Assembly: GCA_963422775.4 (NCBI GenBank)
Contig: CAUJSJ030000154.1
Coordinates: forward strand, 8,748-72,747
Reading direction: 5' to 3'
Source: an uncultured Roseateles sp.
GTDB lineage: Bacteria; Pseudomonadota; Gammaproteobacteria; Burkholderiales; Burkholderiaceae_C
Length of the DNA: 64,000 bases
Part shown: positions 39,574 to 51,746 of the stretch, piece by piece
How positions within the stretch are numbered: position 1 is the stretch's first letter
How the letters are laid out: each line of letters starts with the position of its first letter
Made by a program: the position numbers and the translations under genes
The notes under the pieces: model-generated
Seen by the model: only the letters and a program-made list of their open reading frames with translations
What the model was told of the DNA's origin: nothing
Databases searched by the model: none

Positions 39574-40797
39574 TCAGACCACCGAACCGAGCTTGAAGAT
39601 GGGCAGATACATCGACACGACGATGCCGCCGATCAGGCCGCCGAGGATGACGATGATGAAGGGCTCCATCAGGCTGGACAGCGCCTTGACGGCCTCGTCC
39701 ACCTCGTCCTCGTAGAACTCCGCTGCCTTGCCCAGCATGTGGTCCAGCGAGCCGGACTCTTCACCGATGGACGACATCTGCAGCACCATCGTGGGGAAGA
39801 TGCCGGTGGTCTGCATCGAGGTCGTCAGCGAGGCGCCGGTCGAAACATCGCGCTGGATCTGTTCGGTCGCTTCAAGGAACACCGCGTTGCCGGAGGCTCC
39901 GCCGACGGAGTCCAACGCTTCGACCAGCGGGACGCCGGCAGCGAACATGGTCGACAGCGTTCGCGTCCAGCGAGCTACCGCTGACTTGAACATCAGGTCG
40001 CCAAAGACGGGTATCTTGAGCAGCAGGCGGTCCATGCGCTTTTGCATGGCCTCGGATCGCTTCCAGCTCTGAATGAAGAAATAGATCCCGCCCCCCAGAC
40101 CGCCGAAGACCGCCCACCAGTACGAGACAAAGAACTTCGACAACGCAATGACCGCCAAGGTCGGCGCTGGCAGGTCGGCGCCGAAAGACTTGAAGACGTC
40201 CTCGAAAGAAGGCACGACGAAGATCATGATGACGGCCACCACGACGAAGGCGACGATCATGACGGCGACCGGATAGGTCAGCGCTGACTTGATCTTGTTC
40301 TTGAGAGCGACGGTTTTCTCCTGATAGATGGCGAGCCGGTCCAGCAGCGCCTCCAGGATGCCGCCCGACTCGCCAGCCTCGACCAGGTTGCAATACAGCG
40401 CATCGAAATACATCGGATGCTTGCGGAAGGCCGAGGACAGGCTGGTGCCGGTCTCGACATCCTGGCGGATGTCGTTCAGCAGCCGCGTCAGGCGCGGGTT
40501 TGGGGAGCCGCGCGCAACGATGTCGAAGGACTGCAGCAGCGGCACGCCGGCCCGCATCATGGTCGCCAACTGGCGGGTGAAGACGGCGATGTCCTTCTGC
40601 TTGATTGACGTGCCGCCACTGGCGCGGCGCTTCTTGACCTTGTTGACCAGAATGCCCTGGCGGCGCAACGTGGCACTGACCATGGCCTCGCCGCCTGCAC
40701 GCAACTCACCCTTGACGATCTTGCCGTTGCGGTCCTTGCCTTCCCATTCGAAGACGAACTCCTTGATGCCTTTTGCTGCAGCGGTGGCAGTGGCCAT
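39574..40797 (-). CDS. pilC: type IV pilus platform protein PilC
   Basis: 407 aa with two GspF-type repeats (ATMMRAGVPLLQSFDIV and STMFAAGVPLVEALDSV) and three TM segments. It lies between pilB and pilD. Confidence 0.93.
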   Translation of the reverse strand: MATATAAAKGIKEFVFEWEGKDRNGKIVKGELRAGGEAMVSATLRRQGILVNKVKKRRASGGTSIKQKDIAVFTRQLATMMRAGVPLLQSFDIVARGSPNPRLTRLLNDIRQDVETGTSLSSAFRKHPMYFDALYCNLVEAGESGGILEALLDRLAIYQEKTVALKNKIKSALTYPVAVMIVAFVVVAVIMIFVVPSFEDVFKSFGADLPAPTLAVIALSKFFVSYWWAVFGGLGGGIYFFIQSWKRSEAMQKRMDRLLLKIPVFGDLMFKSAVARWTRTLSTMFAAGVPLVEALDSVGGASGNAVFLEATEQIQRDVSTGASLTTSMQTTGIFPTMVLQMSSIGEESGSLDHMLGKAAEFYEDEVDEAVKALSSLMEPFIIVILGGLIGGIVVSMYLPIFKLGSVV

Positions 40798-40817
40798 ACG
40801 CTCTCCTCGCGACTGAT

Positions 40818-42545
40818 TTATTCGTTGGTGGCGGACAGGACTTCTTCGAGCGTCGTGATGCCGCCACGCACCTTGATCAGGCCGGACTGACGCAGATCAC
40901 GCACGCCTTCCTTCTTGGCCTGTTCGGCGATGTCCATCGCCGTGCCCAAGGCCAGGATGATGCGCTGGATTGCTTCGGTGATCGGCATCACTTGGTAAAG
41001 GCCAAGACGACCGCGGTACCCATTCGTGCAATTGCTGCAACCGACGGCGCGATAGGGCTTCCAGCTGCCGTCAAAGTCCTCCTCGACGAAGCCTGCCTTG
41101 AGCATCGCGTCGCGCGGATATTCGGCAGCCTGCTTGCAGTTTTCGCACAGCCGCCGGACGAGCCGCTGCGCCGTGATGAGCAGCACGCTGGACGCGATGT
41201 TGAAAGGCGCCACGCCCATGTTCAGCAAGCGAGTCAGGGTCTTGGGCGCATCGTTGGTGTGCAGCGTCGACATGACCATGTGGCCCGTCTGCGCAGCCTT
41301 GATCGCGATGTCGGCCGTCTCCAGGTCGCGGATTTCGCCGACCATGATGATGTCCGGATCCTGGCGCAGGAAGGATTTCAGCGCTGCAGAGAAATTCAGG
41401 CCTGCCTTGTCGTTGACGTTGACCTGGTTGATGCCCGGCAGGTTGATTTCGGCCGGGTCTTCGACCGTCGAGATGTTGACGCCCGGCTGGTTCAGGATGT
41501 TCAGGCAGGTGTAGAGCGACACCGTCTTGCCGGAGCCCGTGGGGCCCGTCACGAGCACCATGCCATAGGGGCGGTAGATGGCGGCCATCAGCCGCTCTTT
41601 CTCGATCTTCTCGTAGCCCAGCGCGTCGATGCCGAGCTTGGCCGAGGACGAGTCGAGGATACGAATGACGATCTTCTCGCCGAAGAGGGTCGGTAGCGTG
41701 CTGACGCGGAAGTCGATGGACTTCGCTCCGAACTTCAGCTTCATGCGCCCGTCCTGCGGCACGCGCTTCTCGGAGATGTCCAGCCGCGAGATCACCTTGA
41801 TGCGCGAGGACAGCTTGTCCTTGATGGCAATCGGCGGCTGCGTGATCTCGCGCAGTTCGCCGTCGACGCGAAAGCGCACACGGTAGTGAAATTCGTAGGG
41901 CTCGAAATGCAGGTCGGATGCGCGCAGATTGATCGCGTCGACGAGCATCTTCTGCAGGAAGCGAACGACCGGCGCATCCTCGACATCTGCGAGTTCGGCC
42001 GCCTCCTGCTGGGGAGTCGCGTCTTCTTCAGCGATGTCGAAGTCGAAGTCACCACCGTTGATGGTCTCCAGCGTTTCGGCGGCTGTCACGCCAGCGTTGA
42101 CCAACATCTTGGCCAGCTTGTCGTGCTCGACGATGACCCACTCGGGCTGCAGCTGGGTCGCGAACTTGATGCGCTCAATGACCTCAAGATCGGTCGGATC
42201 GGCGCCGCCCACGAACAAGCGACTGCCGCGCCGCGACAGTGCAACGACCTGGTATTGCTGGGTCAGCTTGGCATCGATGACGTTCTGCGGCATGCGCTGC
42301 GGATCCATCGCCGACAGGTCCAGCAGGGGCAGAGCCAATGCACTGGACAGCGTGTGCGCCAAGTCAGCGGGCGAGACCTGCCCGCTGGCGATCACGGCAG
42401 TGACGAAGCTGATCTTCTTGTCACGAGCCTGCTTGACCAAGTCTTCGGCGGCCTTGGCCTGAAGCTTGCCGGCATGCACCAGCATGCGCGCGACCCCCGA
42501 CAGGGCGGACTGAAGCGGCTCGGCGAGCGTGGTTTCCACAGGCAA
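40818..42545 (-). CDS. pilB: type IV pilus extension ATPase PilB
   Basis: 575 aa. Walker A VTGPTGSGKTVSLY, Asp and His boxes, tetracysteine motif CENCK...CSNC, and an N-terminal GSPII-type domain. Confidence 0.95.
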   Translation of the reverse strand: MPVETTLAEPLQSALSGVARMLVHAGKLQAKAAEDLVKQARDKKISFVTAVIASGQVSPADLAHTLSSALALPLLDLSAMDPQRMPQNVIDAKLTQQYQVVALSRRGSRLFVGGADPTDLEVIERIKFATQLQPEWVIVEHDKLAKMLVNAGVTAAETLETINGGDFDFDIAEEDATPQQEAAELADVEDAPVVRFLQKMLVDAINLRASDLHFEPYEFHYRVRFRVDGELREITQPPIAIKDKLSSRIKVISRLDISEKRVPQDGRMKLKFGAKSIDFRVSTLPTLFGEKIVIRILDSSSAKLGIDALGYEKIEKERLMAAIYRPYGMVLVTGPTGSGKTVSLYTCLNILNQPGVNISTVEDPAEINLPGINQVNVNDKAGLNFSAALKSFLRQDPDIIMVGEIRDLETADIAIKAAQTGHMVMSTLHTNDAPKTLTRLLNMGVAPFNIASSVLLITAQRLVRRLCENCKQAAEYPRDAMLKAGFVEEDFDGSWKPYRAVGCSNCTNGYRGRLGLYQVMPITEAIQRIILALGTAMDIAEQAKKEGVRDLRQSGLIKVRGGITTLEEVLSATNE

Positions 42546-42677
42546 TTGCGTCAGCGACGGAAAGAGCGAAGTCCGTCGATTGTGCCAGTCATGGGCAGAT
42601 CACGAGGCAAACGAATCTGCCCTCTGTGCCGTGAAGTTTGTCGCGGTTCTTGGATCCTCGTCCCGAGGCGGAAGATT

Positions 42678-42754
42678 TGGTCGGGGTGAGAGGATTCGAA
42701 CCTCCGGCCTCTACGTCCCGAACGTAGCGCTCTACCAGGCTAAGCTACACCCCG
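42678..42754 (-). tRNA. tRNA-Pro (anticodon CGG)
   Basis: The minus strand reads CGGGGTG-TA-GCTT-AGCCTGGTA-GAGC-G-CTACG-TTCGGGA-CGTAG-AGGCC-GGAGG-TTCGAAT-CCTCT-CACCCCG-A-CCA. This is a full cloverleaf with encoded CCA. Confidence 0.93.
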
Positions 42755-42784
42755 ATGTCTTCCGTGTAGCGTCTTCCCAAGATT

Positions 42785-43780
42785 TCAGGAATGACGCTCA
42801 ACCGACTGAATTGCGAATTCTAGCAGAGATTCTGTCCACTTGTTTGGAGGCAGCAGCCTGAGGCAATCGGCGGCATGCCGCGCCTCCGTGCGGGCGGCTT
42901 CGCGGGTCGACTCCAGGGCGCCTGTCGAACGCACGATGGTGACGATCTCCGCCAGCTTCTCCTGCTCACCCTCTTCGATGGCATGCCGCAGCAGCGCTCG
43001 CTGCTCGGGAGTCGCTCGCTCCATGGCGATCAGCAACGGCAAGGTTGTCTTGCCTTCGCGCAGATCGTCGCCGATGTTCTTGCCCAGCTCGTGGGCGTCG
43101 CCCTCGTAGTCGAGCACGTCGTCGATGAGCTGGAAGGCCGTCCCCAGCGCGCGGCCATAGGCGGCGCAGGCCTCCTCGACGTCTGGCTTGGCGTTGGCCA
43201 GCACGGCGCCCAGCCGGGCGCTCGCCTCGAAAAGCTTGGCGGTCTTGAAGCGGATCACGCGCAGATAGCTCTCCACGGTGATGTCCGGGTCATGCATGTT
43301 CATCAACTGCAGGACCTCGCCCTCGGCGATGACGTTGGTCGCCTCGGCCAGCACTTCCAGCACACGCATGCGGTCAACCGACACCATCATCTGGAAGGCA
43401 CGGGAGTACAGGAAGTCGCCAACCAGAACGCTCGCCGCGTTGCCGAACAAGGCATTCGCGGTGGGCTTGCCGCGACGCAGCGACGACTCGTCGACGACGT
43501 CGTCATGCAGCAAAGTGGCCGTATGGATGAACTCGACGACGGCCGCGAGTTCGAAGCGCGCGGCTTGATCGAAGCCCAGCGCATTCGCGAACAGCAGCAC
43601 GAGCTTGGGTCGCATGCGCTTGCCGCCCGCGTGGACGATGTAGTGGGCGATCTGATCGATCAGCGCGACGTCTGAGCTGAGGCGTTTGGCAATGACGGCG
43701 TCGACCTGGGCCATTTCGGCGGCCAGCAAGGCAAGTACCTCGGCAACTCGGGATGGGGGCGAGGCAGTCTCGACGCGCAC
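42785..43780 (-). CDS. ispB: octaprenyl (all-trans polyprenyl) diphosphate synthase
   Basis: 331 aa. The first and second Asp-rich motifs are LLHDDVVDES and QLIDDVLD. The GTG start at 43780 is not certain. Confidence 0.9.
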   Translation of the reverse strand: MRVETASPPSRVAEVLALLAAEMAQVDAVIAKRLSSDVALIDQIAHYIVHAGGKRMRPKLVLLFANALGFDQAARFELAAVVEFIHTATLLHDDVVDESSLRRGKPTANALFGNAASVLVGDFLYSRAFQMMVSVDRMRVLEVLAEATNVIAEGEVLQLMNMHDPDITVESYLRVIRFKTAKLFEASARLGAVLANAKPDVEEACAAYGRALGTAFQLIDDVLDYEGDAHELGKNIGDDLREGKTTLPLLIAMERATPEQRALLRHAIEEGEQEKLAEIVTIVRSTGALESTREAARTEARHAADCLRLLPPNKWTESLLEFAIQSVERHS

Positions 43781-43808
43781 TCTGGGCTCTCAAGCTAGGG
43801 ATCGGAGC

Positions 43809-43814
43809 ATTATA
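43809..43814 (-). promoter_or_regulatory. candidate -10 box (TATAAT on minus strand) for ispB
   Basis: Perfect TATAAT about 30 nt upstream of the ispB start, in the same CTTCCTATAAT context as the mrcA candidate. No convincing -35. Confidence 0.3.
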
Positions 43815-43895
43815 GGAAGGCCGTCCGGGTCTCACTGGAGGACGCGGCAGCCGCGCAGTGTCGCTGGGCTTGCGAGACGGCTTGGGCAACAGCCG

Positions 43896-43925
43896 TTGCC
43901 TATTCGACGAAGCTCAGGGTATACT
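43896..43925 (+). promoter_or_regulatory. candidate sigma70 promoter for rplU-rpmA (TTGCCT-18 nt-TATACT)
   Basis: The hexamers are read directly. It would give a roughly 150-nt leader before the rplU ATG at 44081. Confidence 0.5.
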
Positions 43926-44080
43926 CGAAGGCTCTTTGCAACTCGTGCGTTTTCGGCATGCGTGTTGCGGGAGATCAAAACCGACAAAAAGGCCTGACGA
44001 GGGCAGCGGCGTGACGTGAAGACGGGGCGCTGAGCTGCTGGAGCCGGGTGAATGCACCCTCTGGGTGTGAAAGGAAGAAC

Positions 44081-44392
44081 ATGTACGCGGTCATCAAAAC
44101 CGGCGGCAAGCAGTACAAGGTTGCTGCTGGCGAAAAAATCAAGGTCGAGTTGCTCGACGCGGAAGTTGGCGCTGAGGTCACCATCGACGAGGTGCTGGCA
44201 GTGGGCAGCGGCGACGGCCTGACGGTCGGCGCTCCGCTGGTCGCCGGTGCAACGGTCAGTGCCAAGGTCCTCAGCCACGGCAAGCACGACAAGGTTCGCA
44301 TCTTCAAGATGCGCCGTCGCAAGCACTACAAGAAGAGCCAAGGCCATCGCCAGAACTACACCGAGCTGGAAATCAGCGCGGTCAACGGCTGA
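44081..44392 (+). CDS. rplU: 50S ribosomal protein L21
   Basis: The start [14 protein letters not shown] at ATG 44081 is preceded by GGAAG. 103 aa. Confidence 0.97.
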   Translation: MYAVIKTGGKQYKVAAGEKIKVELLDAEVGAEVTIDEVLAVGSGDGLTVGAPLVAGATVSAKVLSHGKHDKVRIFKMRRRKHYKKSQGHRQNYTELEISAVNG

Positions 44393-44429
44393 TCCCAGTC
44401 GTCTTTCGCTAATTTCTAGGAGCTAACTC

Positions 44430-44693
44430 ATGGCACAGAAAAAAGGCGGCGGTTCCACACGGAATGGCCGCGACTCCAAGCCCAAGATGCTGGGCGTCAA
44501 GGCCTACGGCGGCGAACTGATCTCCGCTGGTTCGATCATCGTGCGTCAGCGCGGCACCAAGTTCCACGCTGGCGTCAACGTCGGCATGGGCAAGGACCAC
44601 ACGCTGTTCGCGCTGGTCGATGGCCACGTGTCGTTCGCCATCAAGGGCGAGAAGAACCGCCAGACCGTCGTCATCACGCCGCTGGCGGCTTGA
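44430..44693 (+). CDS. rpmA: 50S ribosomal protein L27
   Basis: [24 protein letters not shown]...[13 protein letters not shown]. 87 aa, preceded by AGGAG. Confidence 0.97.
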   Translation: MAQKKGGGSTRNGRDSKPKMLGVKAYGGELISAGSIIVRQRGTKFHAGVNVGMGKDHTLFALVDGHVSFAIKGEKNRQTVVITPLAA

Positions 44694-44734
44694 TGATTGC
44701 GTGATCCGGACGGGTCGCCGGCCCGGATACTTCC

Positions 44735-44764
44735 AAGCCCCGGCTCGCCGGGGCTTTTGTTTTT
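44735..44764 (+). terminator. intrinsic terminator/attenuator after rpmA (AAGCCCCGG-CTCG-CCGGGGCTT + TTGTTTTT)
   Basis: A 9-bp GC stem, tetraloop and U-tract are read directly. A degenerate second copy (GGCTCGCCGGGTTTGTTTTTT) follows at 44772-44792. Confidence 0.8.
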
Positions 44765-44811
44765 CAGATCTGGCTCGCCGGGTTTGTTTTTTGGAAAGCC
44801 CGCCGCGTTGA

Positions 44812-47026
<2,215 letters not shown>

Positions 47027-47030
<4 letters not shown>

Positions 47031-47644
47031 GAGCACCCGCCCTCGCTGGATGGATCGCCCTCCGGCGGCGATGCCGTCGCCTCCAGCGGCATGGGCCCGC
47101 TGTTGCGCTCCCGATGCGCAGGTCGCATGCCAGCCCGCAGATAGCGGTTGTGATGGTTGATGCGAGGCAGGTAGCGTGCCAGCTCCGTCAGCGCCATCTC
47201 GTAGACGCCGCGCTTGAATTCGATGACGGCCTCCAGCGGCACCCAGTACTCGTTCCAGCGCCAGGCGTCGAACTCGGGGTGGTCGGTGGCGCGCAGATTC
47301 ATGTCGCAGTCGCGCCCGACCATCTGCAGCAGGAACCAGATCTGTTTCTGGCCGCGGTAGTGGCCGCGCGCATCGCGCCGGATGAAGTGCTCGGGCACCT
47401 CATAGCGCAGCCAGTCGCGAGTTCTCGCGATGATGCGTACATGCTCTGGAATGAGCCCCACCTCTTCGTGGAGCTCTCGGAACATCGCCTGCTCAGGCGT
47501 TTCACCGTGCTTGATGCCCCCTTGCGGGAACTGCCACGAGTGCGTTCGGATGCGTTTGCCCCAGAACACCTCGTTGCGTTGGTTGAGCAGGATGATGCCG
47601 ACGTTGGGGCGGAAGCCTTCACGGTCGAGCATAATCAACCTCAA
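47027..47644 (-). CDS. rppH: RNA pyrophosphohydrolase (Nudix)
   Basis: The start is [27 protein letters not shown]... The Nudix box is [23 protein letters not shown]. Its 3-prime end overlaps proB by 4 nt (convergent). Confidence 0.92.
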
Positions 47645-47773
47645 ATCTCTAGTTGGTTCGATTATTGCATCGGGCCGCGGTTGCCACAGCGCCCTCGCTA
47701 ACCCGAAGATTTCTCCAGGATTTCTCTTGCTCAGGCCGGGTTCAGCCCGGCCGATTCATTTGTCGAAGCGCCC

Positions 47774-49519
47774 ATGAAAGCCTCCCAGTTCTTCATCTCC
47801 ACCCTCAAGGAAGCGCCCGCCGATGCCGAGGTCGCCAGCCACAAGCTGATGATGCGGGCCGGCATGATCAAGCGCCTGGGCGCGGGCATTTACAACTACA
47901 TGCCGATGGGGCTTCGCGTCATCCGCAAGGTTGAGAAAATCATCCGCGAGGAGATGGATGCGGCCGGCGCCATCGAATGCCTGATGCCCGTCATCCAGCC
48001 CGCCGAGCTGTGGCAGGAGACGGGCCGCTTCGACAAGATGGGCCCCGAGTTGCTGCGCGTGAAGGACCGCCATGGTCGCGACTTCATCGTCCAGCCGACC
48101 AGCGAGGAAGTCATCACCGACATCGCCCGTCAGGAACTGCGCAGCTACCGCCAGCTGCCGAAAAATTTCTATCACATCCAGACCAAGTTCCGCGACGAGC
48201 GCCGCCCCCGCTTCGGCCTGATGCGCGGCCGCGAGTTCACGATGAAGGATGCCTACTCCTTCGACCGTGACGTGGAGAGCGCCGGCCGCAGCTACGACAA
48301 CATGTACGCGGCCTACTGCAAGATCTTCGACCGCTTCGGCCTGCAGTACCGCGCCGTGGCGGCCGACACCGGCGCCATCGGCGGGGACCGGTCGCACGAG
48401 TTCCAGGTCATCGCCGAGACCGGCGAGGATGCCATCGTCTACTGCCCGACCAGCGACTACGCGGCCAACATGGAGCTGGCCGAAGGCGTGGCGCTGACCG
48501 CCACGCGCGGCGCGGCGACTCAGGCGCTGGCAAAGACGCCAACGCCCGGCAAGAGCACCTGCGCGGACGTCGCCGAGTTGCTGAGCCTGCCGCTGGCGCA
48601 GACCGTTAAGTCCCTGGTGCTGGCCACCGACGAGCTGGACAAGGACGGCAGCATCGTCAAGACGCAGGTCTGGCTGCTGCTCGTTCGTGGCGACCACGAC
48701 TTGAACGAAGTGAAGGCCGGCAAGGTCGAAGGCCTGAAGGGTGGTTTCCGTTTCGCGACCGCTGGCGAGATCGACGCCCACTTCGGTTGCAAGCCCGGCT
48801 ATCTGGGCCCCATCGGGCTGAAGCAGCCGCTGAAGATCGTCGCCGATCGCACCGTCGCCAATATGGCCGACTTCGTCTGCGGCGCCAATGAGGCGGACTT
48901 CCACTTCACCGGCGCGAACTGGGGTCGCGACCTGCCCGAGCCCGACGTCGTGGCCGACATCCGCAACGTTGTCGCCGGCGATCCCTCGCCCGACGGCAAG
49001 GGCGTGCTGGCCATCCAGCGCGGTATCGAGGTCGGCCATGTGTTCTACCTCGGCACCAAGTACTCGGCCGCGATGAACGCGAACTTCCTGGACGAGAACG
49101 GCAAGCCCAAGCTGATGGAGATGGGTTGCTACGGCATCGGCGTGACCCGCATCCTGGGTGCGGCCATCGAGCAGAACAACGATGCGCGCGGCATCATCTG
49201 GCCGGACGCCATCGCCCCCTTCACCGTCGTGATCTGCCCCATCGGCGCGGACCGCAGCGCGGACGTGAAGGCCGCCGCCGACAAGCTTTACGACGAGCTG
49301 AAGGCGCTGGGCGTGGACGTGCTGCTGGACGATCGCGGCGAGCGCCCCGGCGCGATGTTCGCGGACTGGGAGCTGATCGGCGTGCCGCACCGCGTGGTGC
49401 TGGGCGACCGCGGCCTCAAGGAAGGCCAGGTCGAGTACCAGGGCCGCCGCGACGAGGCCGCGACCAAGCTGGCCGTTGGCGACGTGGTTGGCCATCTGAA
49501 GGGCCTGCTCAAGCTTTGA
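47774..49519 (+). CDS. proS: proline--tRNA ligase
   Basis: 581 aa. The start is [32 protein letters not shown]. Class II motifs [25 protein letters not shown] and GCYGIGVTR. Confidence 0.96.
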   Translation: MKASQFFISTLKEAPADAEVASHKLMMRAGMIKRLGAGIYNYMPMGLRVIRKVEKIIREEMDAAGAIECLMPVIQPAELWQETGRFDKMGPELLRVKDRHGRDFIVQPTSEEVITDIARQELRSYRQLPKNFYHIQTKFRDERRPRFGLMRGREFTMKDAYSFDRDVESAGRSYDNMYAAYCKIFDRFGLQYRAVAADTGAIGGDRSHEFQVIAETGEDAIVYCPTSDYAANMELAEGVALTATRGAATQALAKTPTPGKSTCADVAELLSLPLAQTVKSLVLATDELDKDGSIVKTQVWLLLVRGDHDLNEVKAGKVEGLKGGFRFATAGEIDAHFGCKPGYLGPIGLKQPLKIVADRTVANMADFVCGANEADFHFTGANWGRDLPEPDVVADIRNVVAGDPSPDGKGVLAIQRGIEVGHVFYLGTKYSAAMNANFLDENGKPKLMEMGCYGIGVTRILGAAIEQNNDARGIIWPDAIAPFTVVICPIGADRSADVKAAADKLYDELKALGVDVLLDDRGERPGAMFADWELIGVPHRVVLGDRGLKEGQVEYQGRRDEAATKLAVGDVVGHLKGLLKL

Positions 49520-50124
49520 AGCGTCGGCTTCTCCTGCTGAGCCTGTTCGGCGCGCCGCTGGCGGCGCGGGCGGGCGCCCAGGTCGAGGAGCCGCTGGCCG
49601 ATTCGATCCGTTCGGCGCTGAGCGCTTCCATCGCGCAAAGCGCCCCGCCGCGGCCGAAGTTCGAGGCCGGCCAGGTCGAGGCCCGCATGGCCTACCTGCG
49701 CTGGCTGGGTGCCATGAGCGAGCGGCTGAAGAAGCGCAAGACCGAGACGCAGATCCGGATCGAGTTCCTGGAGACGGTCTGGTACGAAGCCAAGCGCGCG
49801 GGCCTGGAGCCCAGCCTCGTGCTCGGCCTCGTCCAGGTGGAGAGCGGCTTTCGCAAGTACGCGATCAGCATCGCCGGCGCACGCGGCTACATGCAGGTCA
49901 TGCCGTTCTGGACGCGGGCCATTGGCGACGGCGACCCGTCCCGCCTCTTCCACATGCAGACCAACCTGCGCTTCGGCTGCGTGATCCTGCGCCACTACCT
50001 CGACGTCGAGCGCGGCAACATGTCGCTGGCCCTGGGCCGCTACAACGGCAGCCGTGGCCGGCCGGAGTATCCAAACGCCGTGTTCGGTGCGCGGCGGCAG
50101 TGGCTGCTGCCGGGTGAGGCTTGA
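49516..50124 (+). CDS. lytic transglycosylase (SLT-domain) with signal peptide
   Basis: Track ORF 49126..50124 overlaps proS. A credible start is TTG 49516, overlapping the proS stop and giving the signal peptide (M)[18 protein letters not shown]. The SLT catalytic region is [30 protein letters not shown]. The start codon is uncertain. Confidence 0.8.
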   Translation: MKRRLLLLSLFGAPLAARAGAQVEEPLADSIRSALSASIAQSAPPRPKFEAGQVEARMAYLRWLGAMSERLKKRKTETQIRIEFLETVWYEAKRAGLEPSLVLGLVQVESGFRKYAISIAGARGYMQVMPFWTRAIGDGDPSRLFHMQTNLRFGCVILRHYLDVERGNMSLALGRYNGSRGRPEYPNAVFGARRQWLLPGEA

Positions 50125-51602
50125 TGCATCCCGTCGCTCGCGTTGCCTCTGTGGTGCTCGCACTGTCGGCGGGCGCCGCTGCGGCATGCTCGCTCGGCGA
50201 GGGCTACCTGAAGCCTTCCAACTACGAACTGGTCAAGCTCGCGCCCGCCATCGTGTTGGCCCAGGCCGTGGCCTACGACATCCGGTCCGACCAGATCGGC
50301 GTGTTCACCTTCAAGCCGCTGGAGATGCTCAAGGGTGAGCCGGTGGGCCACAGCTTTCGCATCGAGGGGCTGGTGGAAGAACACAAGCCGCGGTCCAGTG
50401 ATCGCTTCGACACGCTGCGCTCGTGGACGGCGTTTTCCGCCTGCAATGTCATCGACTATCGCGTCGGTGCGACCTACCTGCTGTTCCTGTCCCGCGTACC
50501 CCGGCCGCGGGCGACGGCGATGGACACGGGCATGCCGCCCTACAGCCGCGTCAACGAGGAAGTGACGAGCGCGCAGGCACCCTGGCTCGTCGCCGTGCGC
50601 CGCTACCTGGAGATCAGCCGCATTGGCAGCTATGAGCAGGAGAAGGCTGCACTCAAGGTCCTGCAGCACCAGGCACGTGCAGGAAACCCTGGTGTGCCGA
50701 AACCGCTGGCCCTCGACGTGGCGGACCACTTTGCCCGCCCCAGTGCCGACAAGTCCTATGCCGACCTCATGGCGCTTTACCGCGCGAGTCGTCGCGATGC
50801 CCTAGGCGTCCTTCATGGCCGCGGCCAGTTGAGCCGCTCCGAAGTGCTGTGGGCGCTGGCCAATGCCCCTCACCGCGAGGCCCGGCCGCTGATGCGCCAT
50901 CTCATGCGATCGGCAGCGTGGCGCGAGCACGCTCCCGTGCTGGCCACCTTTGCCGTCAACGCGCGCGACGCCGAGGTGGCGGCGGCGTTGCTCGCCAAGT
51001 TCCCGCGCGAGCGCGATGAAGGCCTGCGGGTGCTCATCGCGCGCGCCGCAGGCCAAGCCGCCGGCCCGGATGCGGCCGGCCTCGTACAGGCTGCACTTGA
51101 TCACGCCAGCGCCGACGAAGCCCAGCTGCTCACGCCGTGGGTGGCACGACATGGCTCCCCCGAAACCATCCAGGGCCTCGCGCTGCGGATCGGCAAGAGG
51201 TATCAGGAGCCTGATGGGTCTGACGCCGCCTACGCGCTCGCCGATGCCGGCGACCCTGGCGTCATCGCCTGGGCTGCGAGCCGCATCGGCGCTGCCGATG
51301 AGGATCGCTGGGTGGGCCTGTATGCCATCGCTCGCTCGCCCCTGCCGCAGGCTGACTTGCTCGCGCGCCGTGTCATCCGCGAAGGCAGCGAGGATGAGGT
51401 GGCGTCCCTGCTGCAGGGCTACCGCGAATCACGCAGCCCGCACCGCTGGGATCGCCTCGCCGACGTTGCCCGCTTGCCAGCGCGGGCCCCGAAGGTCGAA
51501 CGCTGGCTCTACAAGACTCTGCTCGAGATGGCCGAGAACGGCGACTTCCGTGCCCATGCCCTGCTGGACACGCTGCCGCCATCGACGGTGCTCGATGACT
51601 GA
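50124..51602 (+). CDS. hypothetical secreted/lipoprotein-like protein with a C-terminal alpha-helical (HEAT-like) repeat region
   Basis: ATG 50124 overlaps the upstream stop (TGATG). The signal peptide is [22 protein letters not shown]. About 490 aa. The C-terminal two-thirds is Ala/Leu/Arg-rich with repeats such as AAYALADAGDPGVIAWAASRIG. I recognise no catalytic motif. Confidence 0.7.
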   Translation: MHPVARVASVVLALSAGAAAACSLGEGYLKPSNYELVKLAPAIVLAQAVAYDIRSDQIGVFTFKPLEMLKGEPVGHSFRIEGLVEEHKPRSSDRFDTLRSWTAFSACNVIDYRVGATYLLFLSRVPRPRATAMDTGMPPYSRVNEEVTSAQAPWLVAVRRYLEISRIGSYEQEKAALKVLQHQARAGNPGVPKPLALDVADHFARPSADKSYADLMALYRASRRDALGVLHGRGQLSRSEVLWALANAPHREARPLMRHLMRSAAWREHAPVLATFAVNARDAEVAAALLAKFPRERDEGLRVLIARAAGQAAGPDAAGLVQAALDHASADEAQLLTPWVARHGSPETIQGLALRIGKRYQEPDGSDAAYALADAGDPGVIAWAASRIGAADEDRWVGLYAIARSPLPQADLLARRVIREGSEDEVASLLQGYRESRSPHRWDRLADVARLPARAPKVERWLYKTLLEMAENGDFRAHALLDTLPPSTVLDD

Positions 51603-51746
51603 CTTCGGCCGGGCTTGGGCCAGCCGCGGCCCGACGTGAAGCACCTGTAAAGCCCTCGGGACTTACCCGGCGTGCCTTGTGGCATCACATGTCTGGCGCT
51701 GTAGGCTGCTCGGCTCCGTCGACAAGACAGTCCGCCAGCCAACATC

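Noticed and set aside
42546-42800. tRNA-Pro, and tRNA-CAT at 61700..61776, as integration sites of a genomic island.
   Set aside because: There is no integrase, no direct repeat of a tRNA 3-prime end, and no phage or conjugation genes adjacent. The flanking genes (pilB, ispB, miaB operon, esterase) look chromosomal.
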